The translations under genes were made by a program, and so were the position numbers. DNA of 64,000 nt, taken from NCBI GenBank assembly GCA_944381325.1, contig CALWKS010000002.1, forward strand, positions 188,949-252,948, in the 5' to 3' direction. Of the stretch, positions 54,701-60,101 are shown piece by piece (the first letter of the stretch is position 1; every line of letters starts with the position of its first letter). The notes beneath the pieces are model-generated. The model was given only the letters and a program-made list of their open reading frames with translations. It was not told the origin of the DNA and did not search any database. Source of the DNA: an uncultured Christensenellaceae bacterium (GTDB lineage Bacteria > Bacillota > Clostridia > Christensenellales > UBA3700).

Positions 54701-57700
54701 AACCTCGTTGACGATATTGCTTAAGGTCGTCTGAGCCGCATCTATAAGTCCTGATACGACGGTGTTGCCGTTGCTGCCTGCGTTCGCCGCTCCGATCACG
54801 CCGCCCGCTGCGCCGATACCGTTGACCGTAAGCACAGCGCCGTAACCTTTCGCCTTTATCTCTGAAAGCGCTGAAGAATCCTGCAATCCGATCACGCCGC
54901 CCAGTACTGCCAGCGTGCCGCCGTTGTTTTCAAGCGACAATTCTCCGCCGTCGTAATTGACTGAAGCGCCGTCCGCAGTGCCGCGGTTGACACCGACTGC
55001 TCCGCCTGCATAGCTTATATCTCCGCCCGACAAATTCGCCGCGCCGCTTATGACTACTGAGCCGCCCGAGTAAATGCCGTTGTTTACGCCGATCGCAGCT
55101 CCGTATACGCTTTTGCCAGTATTTGTCAGCGTTGCCGAGCCGCTGAGCATTACCGAACAGTTGTCTACCGTGCCGTTATTCACGCCTATGAGATAAGAAT
55201 ATATCAGCGCGTCGTTGAAAGAATATGTCCTCTGACCGTCAACGGTAAGAATAATATTTGTTATTCTCGAGTTGTTGACGGCGATGAATTCTGCGCTTAC
55301 ATTGCTCTGACTTTCTTCGTCCCATACGCTTTCAAACGCAGAAGAAGTGCCCGACACGTTCACTCTGAGACCGTCGCCGCCGTCAAGTCCGTTGTTTTTA
55401 TTGAATACGATTGCCCTGCTGCCGTCCACCGTCCAAGGTGTACCGCTGTTGTCGGCATAAGCGCCGCTCGCGCCTGCGCAGAGAGCTTTATATCCGTTTG
55501 ACGGATTCATATGTTCAAATCCGCCCGATTCACCCGAAAGGAAGAGAGTCAGCGCGTCGTCGGCGTTGGTCGTATCGCCCGCAGACACTCCGCTGTGCAG
55601 ATTCATTCTGTAATCCAGCTTTACGCCGACAACTGGTGCGAGATAATCGGGGTTGGAATTCACGTCGTTGTTCTGAACGTAAAGACCCGTGTCGAACACA
55701 TAAGAGTAAGAGCCGTTGTTATTGTTTGAATAAGTCCACGGCGTCGAGAAGGTTTCACCCGCATTTACAGGCGTGCCGTAACTTACAAAATTCTGATATC
55801 CCGCACCGTAAGGAGTGAGCGCCCAGTTGCCGCTGTACGCAAGACTGGTAACGGTAAATCTGTATATGTTGCCTGCACTCTCAGGCGTCCAGCTTACGCC
55901 TGTAAGTATCTTTGAAACGAATGCGTCTGAAGCATCCTGCACAGTATAAATCTGACCCTGAACAAGATCCTGAGCAACGTATTTTCCGCTTGCGCCGATG
56001 CTTCCTGTCACATAACCGACAAGAGACATAACTCCCTTCTGCGGAGTAAACCAGCCAACCGCCTCGTCAAGATCGGGAGCGGCGGCGACAAGTCCTTTTA
56101 TATAGGGATTGGTTGTCTGATCATAAGTCGCGCTTGAAGCGATAAGTCCCGCAAACAGACCCGTATACGAATTTTCATCAGACTGAATTCTCTGTTTTCC
56201 CGCATACAGCCAGTTTGCGAAAGGCTCTGACTGCTCTGCCGTAAGAGTAAGAACGTTGCCCTCTGTGCTTACCGAGCCGCTGTTCACGCCCGCGCCGAGG
56301 AAGCCGCCCACATAGTTGCCGTAAACGGAAGAAGCAGTCGCCTGCACGGTAACGTCGTAATTTCCGTTGACAACCGCCGTCCTCAGGACGCCCGCACCTG
56401 TATTGACGCCAACGACTCCGCCGAGATAAGTCTGCCTTGCGCTTCCCGATATCTTGAGGTCTCCTGCGTTGGTTACCGTAATGCCGGACATAATTCCCGT
56501 GTTGTAACCTACTGCACCGCCTAGTGCATACAGAGCGTCTGCGTTGTTAGCATTCAGTTCAACTGCGCTTGTGCTCACGACTGCAGGAGCTATAGTGCCG
56601 TAGTTTATGCCTGCAACGAAACCGAACGCCGTAGTATCTGCCGCGGTTACCGTGCCGCGCGCGTTCTGATAAACAAGGCTGAGGTTGAGAATATTTCCTC
56701 TGTTCACTGCGATAAAGTCGCTGACCGCGTTTATGCCGTCGGTATTCACGGCATTGTTGTTAACGCCCGTAACGGTTATCTGATTGAGTCCGCCGTCTAT
56801 CGTTTTCCAGCTGCGCAGTTCACGCTGAGATGCAGAAGAATTGTCAAGAGTATGAGCCTTGTTCAAAACGAGCGAGTTCGCGTACGCGTATGCAAAATTT
56901 GCTCCCGCGTTGACTCCGGCAAATGCGTCGAATGCGGCGGAATCCGCAAAGTTCTGCATAAGCAGGCTGTAATCGTATTCCACCGCCGTGCTTGCCGCGG
57001 AAGGAATGACTGCCAGTCCGCCGTAAGTTACGTTTGCGCTCTCGTAAGTTGCGCTTCCCGTAGCGTAAGACGGCGCGCCGTTTACATAGCTCTGCGTGCC
57101 GTAAATGAAATAGTTGCCCGCGCCTATGCCGCTGACATTGTCAAAGTTGATATTCTGTCTGAGACCGCTTACCCAGCCGCCGTCCGACTGCTGCTCAGCA
57201 TCCCATATATAGCTTACCGTTGCGCCTACGGAAGTAAGGTCTGTCGAATTTTTTTCTGTCCTCTGACCTTCGAAACGAGTGCTGACAGATGCTATCTCGT
57301 TTATGTAATCGTTTGAGTTGTTTGAGCCGTAACCGAACTTCGGAATATCCGCGGACGTTATAGGCTGAGACGAATTCAGTTCGCTTGCATTCCAGGTCCT
57401 GAAATTTACGTTTTGAGCGTTTGCGAGATCTCCGCCGTAAGAAGCAACGAAGTTTACGTTTGAGTTTGTCGTTCCTTGACCGCAAACTATACCTGCATAA
57501 TTGCCTGCTTCAGGGTATTGCGCGCTGTTCATAACACCGTAGCTGCCCCTGCTGAGGTCAGTCATGTCGTAAGCTTCGGCTTTTATGTAAAGATAATCCG
57601 TTTCGAGAGTTATGTTTGTTACCGTAGAAGGCGCAAACGTCCAGTTCTGCCCGTTAAGCTCCAGTACAATCGGAGAAGAGGTGATATTTGTTATGCCTGT

Positions 57701-58903
57701 GATTACCCCGGTATAGCTCTTGGAAGAGTGTCTCGGCGTATTATACAATACGGTATAATTCTCGTAGGTTTCACGATATTCGGCATAAAGATTTACGCCG
57801 CTTACTATACCGCCGTTATTGATCGCGGCAACTCCTCCTACCACACCGCTCGTAATGCTGTTGCTGGGTACTTCTATATAATCGTCCCACGCCCAGCGTC
57901 CTCTAATTGCGATTTCACTTCTGAACAATCCCAGCACGTCGTTGACAACTACTTTACATCCGTATATGCTGCCTGTCTGAGAAGAATCAGAAGGATTTAC
58001 TCCGTTGTATCCCGCAATACCTCCGACCGCAGAAAATTCCTGATAACTTATATCTCCTCTGTCTGAAGCATTGCTTCCGTTGACATAGTATTGGCTGGGG
58101 ATAAAACCGTACTTGATCTCGTTCTCCATCGTACAGTTGTAGATAACGCCGAAGTTTATTCCTGCTATACCGCCCATCATTACGTTTCCGTTCCAGGGCG
58201 ATATATAAATTGCCTGAATGTTGCCGCTTCCGCCGTCCACTCTGGTTACAACGGTATTCAGATTTTTTATCGTGCCGTAGTTGACAGAAATTACATTGCT
58301 GAGACCGTAAGCATCCACACCGCTGTATATCTGAACGTCGTAATTTCCTTCTCCACCTGCAGTATCTATTCCCCACCAGGACAGATAACTGTCTCTGCTT
58401 CCGATAGCACTGTTTATTTTCTGCAGGTTGTATGCGTTTGAGTTACCGTGTTTAGATGTTATCGTGTATCCGTTTCCGTCTAAAGTCGCATTTGCAGGCA
58501 AAACCCTGTTAGTTACGGGTTTTTCGCCGACCGTAAAGTTGGCTGTAAGATAGCCGTAATAAGTCGTACCCGGATTTGCGTTTGCGGTAGCAAGAAAACT
58601 GCTCAGCGCTGATTCACTGTTGATAGCATATCCGACAGCGCCTGAAGGTATAGCAGGGGTTTTGCCGTTATAGATAGAAGATCCGTAGCCTCTGTCGTTG
58701 AGACCGAAGATCTCGTCGCCGTCCCCGCCTTCAGCTATATTGCCCGCGCCTGAATTGTCGCCCGTGCGCGTATAAAGAAAAGCCGCCAAAGCGCATGACA
58801 GCACAAACGCGACTGCGATGATTACAGCCGTCGCGGTGAGCCATATCCTGCGTTTTGAGGCGTTGTTTGTCATAATTTCCATTATCTTATATTGCGCTTT
58901 CAC
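36722..58903 (-). CDS. Giant (~7390 aa) secreted/surface protein with GLUG-type beta-helical modules and a YDG/MBG-like stalk
   Basis: Uninterrupted 22-kb ORF; N-terminal basic + hydrophobic segment; dozens of GG(I/L/V)(A/V)G.N.G.I repeats; many K(T/E/V)(Y/F)D(G/N) repeats in the middle third. Exact start uncertain (GTG 58903 or a nearby ATG). Confidence 0.9.
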   Translation of the reverse strand: MKAQYKIMEIMTNNASKRRIWLTATAVIIAVAFVLSCALAAFLYTRTGDNSGAGNIAEGGDGDEIFGLNDRGYGSSIYNGKTPAIPSGAVGYAINSESALSSFLATANANPGTTYYGYLTANFTVGEKPVTNRVLPANATLDGNGYTITSKHGNSNAYNLQKINSAIGSRDSYLSWWGIDTAGGEGNYDVQIYSGVDAYGLSNVISVNYGTIKNLNTVVTRVDGGSGNIQAIYISPWNGNVMMGGIAGINFGVIYNCTMENEIKYGFIPSQYYVNGSNASDRGDISYQEFSAVGGIAGYNGVNPSDSSQTGSIYGCKVVVNDVLGLFRSEIAIRGRWAWDDYIEVPSNSITSGVVGGVAAINNGGIVSGVNLYAEYRETYENYTVLYNTPRHSSKSYTGVITGITNITSSPIVLELNGQNWTFAPSTVTNITLETDYLYIKAEAYDMTDLSRGSYGVMNSAQYPEAGNYAGIVCGQGTTNSNVNFVASYGGDLANAQNVNFRTWNASELNSSQPITSADIPKFGYGSNNSNDYINEIASVSTRFEGQRTEKNSTDLTSVGATVSYIWDAEQQSDGGWVSGLRQNINFDNVSGIGAGNYFIYGTQSYVNGAPSYATGSATYESANVTYGGLAVIPSAASTAVEYDYSLLMQNFADSAAFDAFAGVNAGANFAYAYANSLVLNKAHTLDNSSASQRELRSWKTIDGGLNQITVTGVNNNAVNTDGINAVSDFIAVNRGNILNLSLVYQNARGTVTAADTTAFGFVAGINYGTIAPAVVSTSAVELNANNADALYALGGAVGYNTGIMSGITVTNAGDLKISGSARQTYLGGVVGVNTGAGVLRTAVVNGNYDVTVQATASSVYGNYVGGFLGAGVNSGSVSTEGNVLTLTAEQSEPFANWLYAGKQRIQSDENSYTGLFAGLIASSATYDQTTNPYIKGLVAAAPDLDEAVGWFTPQKGVMSLVGYVTGSIGASGKYVAQDLVQGQIYTVQDASDAFVSKILTGVSWTPESAGNIYRFTVTSLAYSGNWALTPYGAGYQNFVSYGTPVNAGETFSTPWTYSNNNNGSYSYVFDTGLYVQNNDVNSNPDYLAPVVGVKLDYRMNLHSGVSAGDTTNADDALTLFLSGESGGFEHMNPSNGYKALCAGASGAYADNSGTPWTVDGSRAIVFNKNNGLDGGDGLRVNVSGTSSAFESVWDEESQSNVSAEFIAVNNSRITNIILTVDGQRTYSFNDALIYSYLIGVNNGTVDNCSVMLSGSATLTNTGKSVYGAAIGVNNGIYSGGSVVISGAANLSGGDISYAGGAVGVNRGTADGASVNYDGGELSLENNGGTLAVLGGVIGLQDSSALSEIKAKGYGAVLTVNGIGAAGGVIGAANAGSNGNTVVSGLIDAAQTTLSNIVNEVYGMRINAAAGYKGLVAATLGEGDLREGALSGIAAHYPDEVESYALPWTTTATDTLAMYGYGTAVQTEGLLFKVSDFSNDGSADFLTERTINVNGADKSFTFLRSQITALDQITLTAKYYYYNSEGALTTDNTYSGAPSLASGIYTTAVNGTYASSDKYVPVLDVLIDYSVIIYDKQNQELVDFMRGDGAGVYAGAHKASLANNASFSVDGTTSSLRAESSEKKILIGSINNTLAVTGTLPTALYNGETVAGGFFAVNRAEIMNLSLTAGEELRASASALGLLAGVNEGKLTNVNATVIGASATVSYFGAVAGINTADVTGAMANLSGTYTVTSADVFAGAAFGSNSGAISGVSVNFDSAALIANPTGIAAAGGVVGMQNGGSVSNTGTAGKTASMKVTAGTGYMGGIVGIINTGAQNTQIAGLDLAPSVMSGVYAGAYTFKAYGGYRGLIAGAVGSIASGSVKGAAAHYYENGYTAGDYKIPWFTDNADTVSMYGYNTEDASAEYATGVLFKLSDYSDDGDADFVSERTLVSNANSANWSAPLSYFNGAYDINIRLSYIRYNGDVISTETLSSDSYTASGTLSYTASGDYLNGTGTYVPTLEFFATYSVDIRQGTEYNNYVNEADGIANSMLYCFVDGKGYNQLYAGAKTGYVKENIQIYKPANGYVEMNEGKVLDGGNNMLLMAYPGGYVLQTNDRENDNTSSGSGGYIQTEVGGSEKGAVGGLMAVNRGTVRNFNIEIRTTSYILSTYTSNLVDSAAVGMLAGVNYGDISGITFNNSTQTAAITVSGAASTEVVYGGIVGINAESGRVSDLTVNKYSAVNIDGAAKAVYGGLVGENYGEARTLTLNNFSNNTIGQVEEGIYGGAVGSNYALVSGVNVTVGTETKQSDYLSRLGQSPQSRTIYLTAQELAVWGGAVGYNSGTLSAASLLAHINYGMSAGGGDVSAGGLVGINDGGTLKGLKATGWGGFYVYSSAINSTSTTSVFVGGLVGSMNADGAARIGFIDFKNTSSKATISDSVFALSGGMVTMNSRALGLPRYGYVTGALAESYAAVPEGAVSNTFWSIPDKLTGVEGEEAEVLPAFHGGNSQYPTYISVFGKAPSDWIDSQQQATNEAAFALNSYGFALVDSDDNPINYLTMDADISGGVLTLNVHKPSGIMFIETPDFSASVGGSGGSGSGTVGAGGAADQTLTVTNAGNTGIGYVTFSFESNVYALTDSAYGAYTQYMVLSFLSTKPCGTVDGSYAGYYQYTMVSSDEGRSLGDAIYRLYQVWSGATEMRIQGTGKTVEITTVPSQPLVLGEGKLFDGGQDSGNKIVVTSAFENNIAAYTFGNDTEGKEQKYLVVSEFLALNYGTFTNVEIELSGTDGGRDIFRNANDVIANAANMGIDFDSNSLTGFIYGMLVGVNEGVVSQLRNYSFDRIIELDSNAGAKYNSIFGGMVGAQSGADAVIADIDNLTFGTAERAGGITMKGGANLVAAGGVVGIAIDGRIENLAVTLTANSFISVEGAHNAATVGGVVGDLRGVLRKVEFDSEYQSVMKISGTNANGTAALANIAGVINTFEFSENTASIEQVKVIGVGYLYNGIDESGTVTTSSTKLYTAGVVALGSNYSVLTADSADPDVQEIVAAYGEIRPSKLDSVYIGFEGYVRAKANTRVGMIAARFLDGITSETGTDGTETVTKNINYDNIKNLVWQTTYEGDTAWTTSVNYADYTETFSSNKAVAVMGYAPVTVDSSDPDLRGAGMRMWLTNNLYSIDITTADMVATWTEAGKLSVSITGGLGWQSINLYLAYFDESGADIASRIKQIKDLGALGAASSAFITVDVATALADIKASAAAFPNGIYVLKTTYNEVYIYDAQQLMTFMSSGTDTTKGLASSDSNYTQYANANIGIIANDLNVDYATQGTGNKSGHYYATAVTMRSDKILEGNGNTVTITTSGNIHSAVLDDKGNTPAGALLEDEYFWDYIGGLNTFTQNDLNQINTDYSIGIRAGGLFLGRNLGTIQNIEFNVPNSITIDNHDYARWFDVITQDSWRNYGTSLFAGIVTAVNAGTIDNCTLTLGENVVVNSLRATCDGPQLQSGYTNNLNYKINTIAVNGGFAGFMYGTDSAQSYISNCTVNLSEGSGIRVESQVSSFSWSGRSDSVYAYAGGIVGWLTDNSTVYNVTINGSGTMTAWGELNMGGKSQGFSSGNKVTSAGSIVGLNSDHYTYTVSSKDNEFGNIDGVICNWNGAAYFLTTGNNNIFYSGTNRVNYYIGAQLAGVAEENTLNNIYFMYGIENYKTFHMDNWYYGSNTATRMANSDFKDKYEYIRTQAYNLLSDPTFPYDTIKVGYSDTADSGGSAVVLASRSNGEVVYNDAFTFEKYSNYNTASDSSWVSGAPNFSVFGSVGSQGAMSVINDYFPRITRTLDSGGNKDLDYTGARAAAMMTSDGTADWNRLFKPNNVYIYEVAFGNSIDEGTELDMNDPDTSASLTFQTKNITSDVAINITLSSSSMGAQFVWEIYETWRYADNSVTISSTPYYNNVRSLEQAKQNNNFSRVFDRNNDGADFTFTYVMGMAVKIAMDDSRYYYDETEGVFYDSVAKTYDGAVINDPVLYYADENNNPINRPDMGLGEVSAGLMSPSYYRDSADGKSTVKVSKTATDKAGAYRIRITFSSEGGENSKINTTNRTIMFSDSDYIDIYTVVLPKGVTQNNVSVSKTYDGTTAYNESETSFGNNQIRGDVIELSTGVYSQKDAGSGTIFMATYSDFMFRYAVGGEIKEAVIKLFEGTGDTANYAPATASYSGNITLTDGATNFYALPSGNYTYSGTIRQKEISSHDLSLYMWGEEFGIGNMNNRVYDALVDYDTEAFEEKSKILSQTVAYRQSGNRFYLEINGYASGEKVHFYITFTNEEGVTSESVKDKARYKVYINIADSPNFIFTDGNELLESLNIGELLISEYAIQEAQVTYVITAGFLSKIFDNDGKIPFNFDINNLRIVAQGGYEVQPDEYTLNYGALFTAAKGDAGKNPLTAKDAGEYDIYVKISNFTSQNYTLADMTVKFVDKSGNQISYFVLPREIKFDSVTKEFDNTLNAEASYTEYTYEKGYEPVSGTNDVFAMKYASLDAGADISVEFTGTGKLTLNGKTYNTLSVVSGANRDKSNYCVSALSARVGNITPVLVTVESVSMIYNNGINVDYRKEGTSVVIKKEKDGSIVNIYPSATFDTKNAGVKKNVRFDTTNTIIDGTTYALLENTRYYTGNLAESGEGFAGNYYVSKTTWNVGEIIKNTLSKADILDNITIVQTNGNVNYSGTAYLFENVGGKKYQYHYGYYVGFEIDDSATVIEGDLLKDHIDVRITNDTNKTNGYVGSYTLELYIKSGDYDWDEDVSDADKKKAFSVTKQELRVGNLEATLSRTEYNYTASGATSINPVLVLTDLDGRRMSSAEGGLNISKSAYTNNNEFFGGNYNSGQHLNVGDYTFTVTPVFVGDDAINYNYSGVKLLEFSVLPANISLVTATKEFDNTTSFTTTGNKAVFTTSGALDPFTPAGTFANKNAGTGKLNLTFETTVINGTEYKLLVDAEDGKPTNNTFTNTRGTITKYTISQAELNTYIMGWVKDMTERQQVMLKGGATLEYRSDADAAYMAEHFQFSVSGMQYGFTGGAASNALTISQGGSTYTMYFTITLSDGTNQYVFAPGDNVSAYMLAAGNYTVSLELSHMNFELDLGAGNGTFVIEKQQISGGDGSGSANVFISLDGDFSYIYGESGFNLPSVADGKFLYTMRIIDKYTGKVSATYTQADGVIGSIEFTTAADSEEFLTSLDGPLFVGGYFVWASGFAEEILVNYAIPEGARIAVYTAGTPVPEAPDPEEGEQGGEEGGEGEGGVVTIPSLPAEAAYFILPRNLNITSVEKTYDGNTSFAGATLNSDAIASDNVTADLLDGVYESANANYDSTGTTYIKGNKGSDYLLINVKEITVDGIVYYVLSDGGIIGNYCLQGEVQTGVMRVLGAKIKRVNVDASALSLTSGTFEKVYGSEQDAELPEVIANLGSGSEIVVYNADNVIYKQGGEVVENPSQVGGYEMYLTGIAFDNYEVAGLGEILVNADKAAAGGDEGSEGEDQGGESGGETGGEEPVETPEVYTYYIVPQEIVISSVVKFYDRTETLVYYGEEEEKISADVAFTDKEGNQITDADGNPVILRVQGRFVDAAVGKGKDVLTDFTPFGYYADFDTAAPVMYYRLLVVGEDGTADVASNYCIAASETVLLPAQFDEDYVPDPELGYDDTPVVNNGLIYNMTFIGAGTVIPAPLTVSDVTKVYDGDYLVDNAVVNGWLEGDEGLVIAKWRYDDKNAATGKTVAIHSDGVAYTYKDTTYYAVYVMSDGEMILSNYGVQADYSGESEETVIDEEGVETVQKVMYAIIEGLGTITPLELTSGSFSNVNVAGITSNRTEYNSARTYTASEIRVTVSALGFTAAAVNANGTLTVTFENGDVITFTATLGGGTTAHNAGTYPITLTLKDQGNYTMSAPHTVDFIITRQSINRVYVVMNALEKEYDGTGVLPAYSTDGWSVYAIDKQGNAIDMSSFGAIDLSALGIVFKRYNEEEQKEEYFVPVNVTDDPGYQIYVNGIALDGENYVFTAQEDAFGVVSFDETELTYETAYYKITPRPINISSDAFESKKFDGAYSLRINGGIDGETVIIGDGSGLNASLAGTYGTLDIKPFVSGVAVSADALNQDSVAANYVLYYEGAPVTEATVITVTDYTVTQADVLVAERENGSYAVGISALQGLDFLFAKTADITTEAQHRIIQKLMSGEIWSESSFDSSSDFAKLNQAVLTVFAMYVNNADSAAEISLDGRYLFTDFAYTAQGGTYVLTFKFTGLDGHDNATATDRYTFVVQGNTESVKSTNHSTTSSELESGQLNAVQTGAGIAVSTEEELKEAIKNNSNFYLVNSIYGADLSDVSDTVFTGTFDGRGYTLSLAGGAAETATNGAAGMLVAVNNGTISNLTVKLMPENALSAASAGGLVGINNGVVSNVSVEFISDIEISGASNSGGIAGVNGADGRIEDSSFVYSANVKASGATWGAIAGSNAGALTKVAVRVNESAGCGNYSVSAAGAGYVAGASEGSADGVIVAIAAGRVTGVSALFASGATLAQNVYSYVEADCAAGGQLSLLEPYTNGYIGYYFATADDYTTGGIQHNVFTEAGEYNKSYYVDYSDGAGYIAVEAIAPYNRFIWDGYGINYRTAAGTDNIGSALNRIVAMFAAGDIAAQFEGTAVITSGVNAFTVAIGVRGGTVDVEGDVETSIKEVVYTGVAQTYTVKITVTTGGVSETRELSVGGTEAGYYSKASIEGIIGGGSGETIGDVTYDSGSRTEYTFSGDGAKVANGIALVIYPKQVDANGVTATKYYDTQSAGMLRVESDGKEAGYVDGNYYDGAGATTSQVAAAEKFGFASFGALTRSVLSKDGVLYGIVSKTGEDGKEVYETQPIKVGNDENVVEFTSGATVGQFDVRDLMIAMSRLVDEDYAREVLTAEQLEEFTFIKVYNLSANVTADQENTATVSGAIVYRPVLGGENGDNYTLYSAGWSAPSDMTIGADEATFALKENAIAVSGAIRPVDLGVYADYVVGKDQSYNSAMLDPVAEAGRTVSVTQAEAEAMGISAENYDRLVAEVAAGLTVSFDENFYDKLVADGVLEKRADGKYYTTAEYSRYCTAELPTLLDGGNFVLTAQDNTVTFRYFGTALKDGAAFYTLTSADDYYKWIDNEGGIGDYNAIDMLLTQDIDFGGNVTDMLAWRDAEGNVQGYKGTFDGDGKALVNMLIERSGSAALFERIDEGATVRNLTVADAVIIASGENSVAGGIAVDNYGSIENCAFEGILSAAAKTGGIAAVNYGAITGGASVNRAYVDEGGIAEGISENAESEGVSSTSDGVSITESAVIGADGAEENTVIENTDGTAAEWNEESLVPVIKAYVFDERYVKVDGKGLFITDNFFKLNAVDKLFGWVGADAVTAATQNGFYGSLTLK

Positions 58904-58913
58904 TGCGCTGTTT

Positions 58914-59135
58914 TCAGTTTTTGTTTTTTCTTTCAGTCTCTGCGTCGGGACGTTCGAGCACGTCCGACATAAATTCTTCCTTCGTTATCTCTCCTCTCAG
59001 ATACGCCCTTTTTCTGTCCAGCTCTTCCTGAGTGAATTCCATTCCCTCAATTCCCCATATAGCCACAAGGTCGCTTATCTTTTTCTCTATTTCCTCTTCT
59101 GTCAAAACTCTTTTTTCTTCGTTCATATCTTTCAT
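58914..59135 (-). CDS. VbhA-like (Fic antitoxin family) small protein
   Basis: ...AIWGIEGMEFT.EE.....AYLRGEIT.EEF pattern; AAGGTG RBS; tightly spaced within the operon. Confidence 0.65.
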   Translation of the reverse strand: MKDMNEEKRVLTEEEIEKKISDLVAIWGIEGMEFTQEELDRKRAYLRGEITKEEFMSDVLERPDAETERKNKN

Positions 59136-59145
59136 TCAGCACCTT

Positions 59146-59733
59146 TTATTCTCTTACGAATTCCGACGTAACGCTTACGGTAACGTTTGCGTTCATGATC
59201 TCAGGCGGAAGCAGTTCATCCGTAACGTTAAATCTTATTGCCAGAGTCAGGTTGCCTGAAGTCCCCGCCGCGAGAGTATCAAAAGAATAAGTTGCGGAAG
59301 CGTTGCTCCAGTTGTAGACGGGAGTCTCTCCTGAGTACAGGCAGAAATCCAACTTGCCCTGCATATACGTCTGAAGCTGCTGAGAAAGTTCTTTCCCGTC
59401 CTTGTCTCTCCAGACCGCCGAAGAAGCGTAAACAATGATTTTCATAGAAGTAACGCCTTCTTCCGCGTCTCCGATAACGTAAGGCACATCTATTCTTACG
59501 CCGTCAGAATCGGAAATAATCCCTTCCGCGGTATTGTCGTTTGTCGCCTTAACGGGAATAAGCGTGCCCTGCGTTTCGCCCACGCCTATGCTTATGCTGA
59601 ATTTGTCGTTGGAATCTACAGTGAGATAAGAGGAATCGCTCTCGTTCGGAAAAAAAGCGAACGCCGCGCTGATACCTGTCAGCGCGATAAGAATTAAAAG
59701 AATTATAGCTATGACGACAGTCTTTTTTTTCAT
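59146..59733 (-). CDS. Secreted protein with a SipW-class signal peptide (TasA/CalY/BsaA-like)
   Basis: MKKK-hydrophobic-GISAAFAFF; beta-rich body with LAAGTSG.LTLAIRF; ends VTVSVTSEF. Confidence 0.65.
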   Translation of the reverse strand: MKKKTVVIAIILLILIALTGISAAFAFFPNESDSSYLTVDSNDKFSISIGVGETQGTLIPVKATNDNTAEGIISDSDGVRIDVPYVIGDAEEGVTSMKIIVYASSAVWRDKDGKELSQQLQTYMQGKLDFCLYSGETPVYNWSNASATYSFDTLAAGTSGNLTLAIRFNVTDELLPPEIMNANVTVSVTSEFVRE

Positions 59734-59773
59734 TCCCCTTACCCGACCTTGTCCTAACTTTATTTATATTAAT

Positions 59774-59802
59774 ATAATATAACTAAAAGCGCGCGCTGTC
59801 AA
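59774..59802 (-). promoter_or_regulatory. Sigma-A promoter for 59733, the VbhA-like gene and the giant gene
   Basis: TTGACA-gcgcgcgcttttagtta-TATTAT (17-nt spacer). Confidence 0.7.
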
Positions 59803-60101
59803 TACCCATAACCAATATTTTACATTTAAAATCGAAAATTTTAAAAAATACAAATAATTTCTAACAAATCTTTGCGGTAATTCTATAAAAATCCATTCCC
59901 TTAAGATCAAAACCGTCTTATTTTTATATGCAAGGCGTTTCGCGGCAAAAAAATCAGAATACTCTATTTAAGTTTTGCATGTGTTTTAAACACAGCAACA
60001 ACTCAAATTTCAAACAGCGTTTTCGCAAGAAGTCCGTAAAAATAAAAAGGCTTTGCACTCAGGCAAAGCCGTAATTCAGGATACGTATCACGTTTTTTGC
60101 A

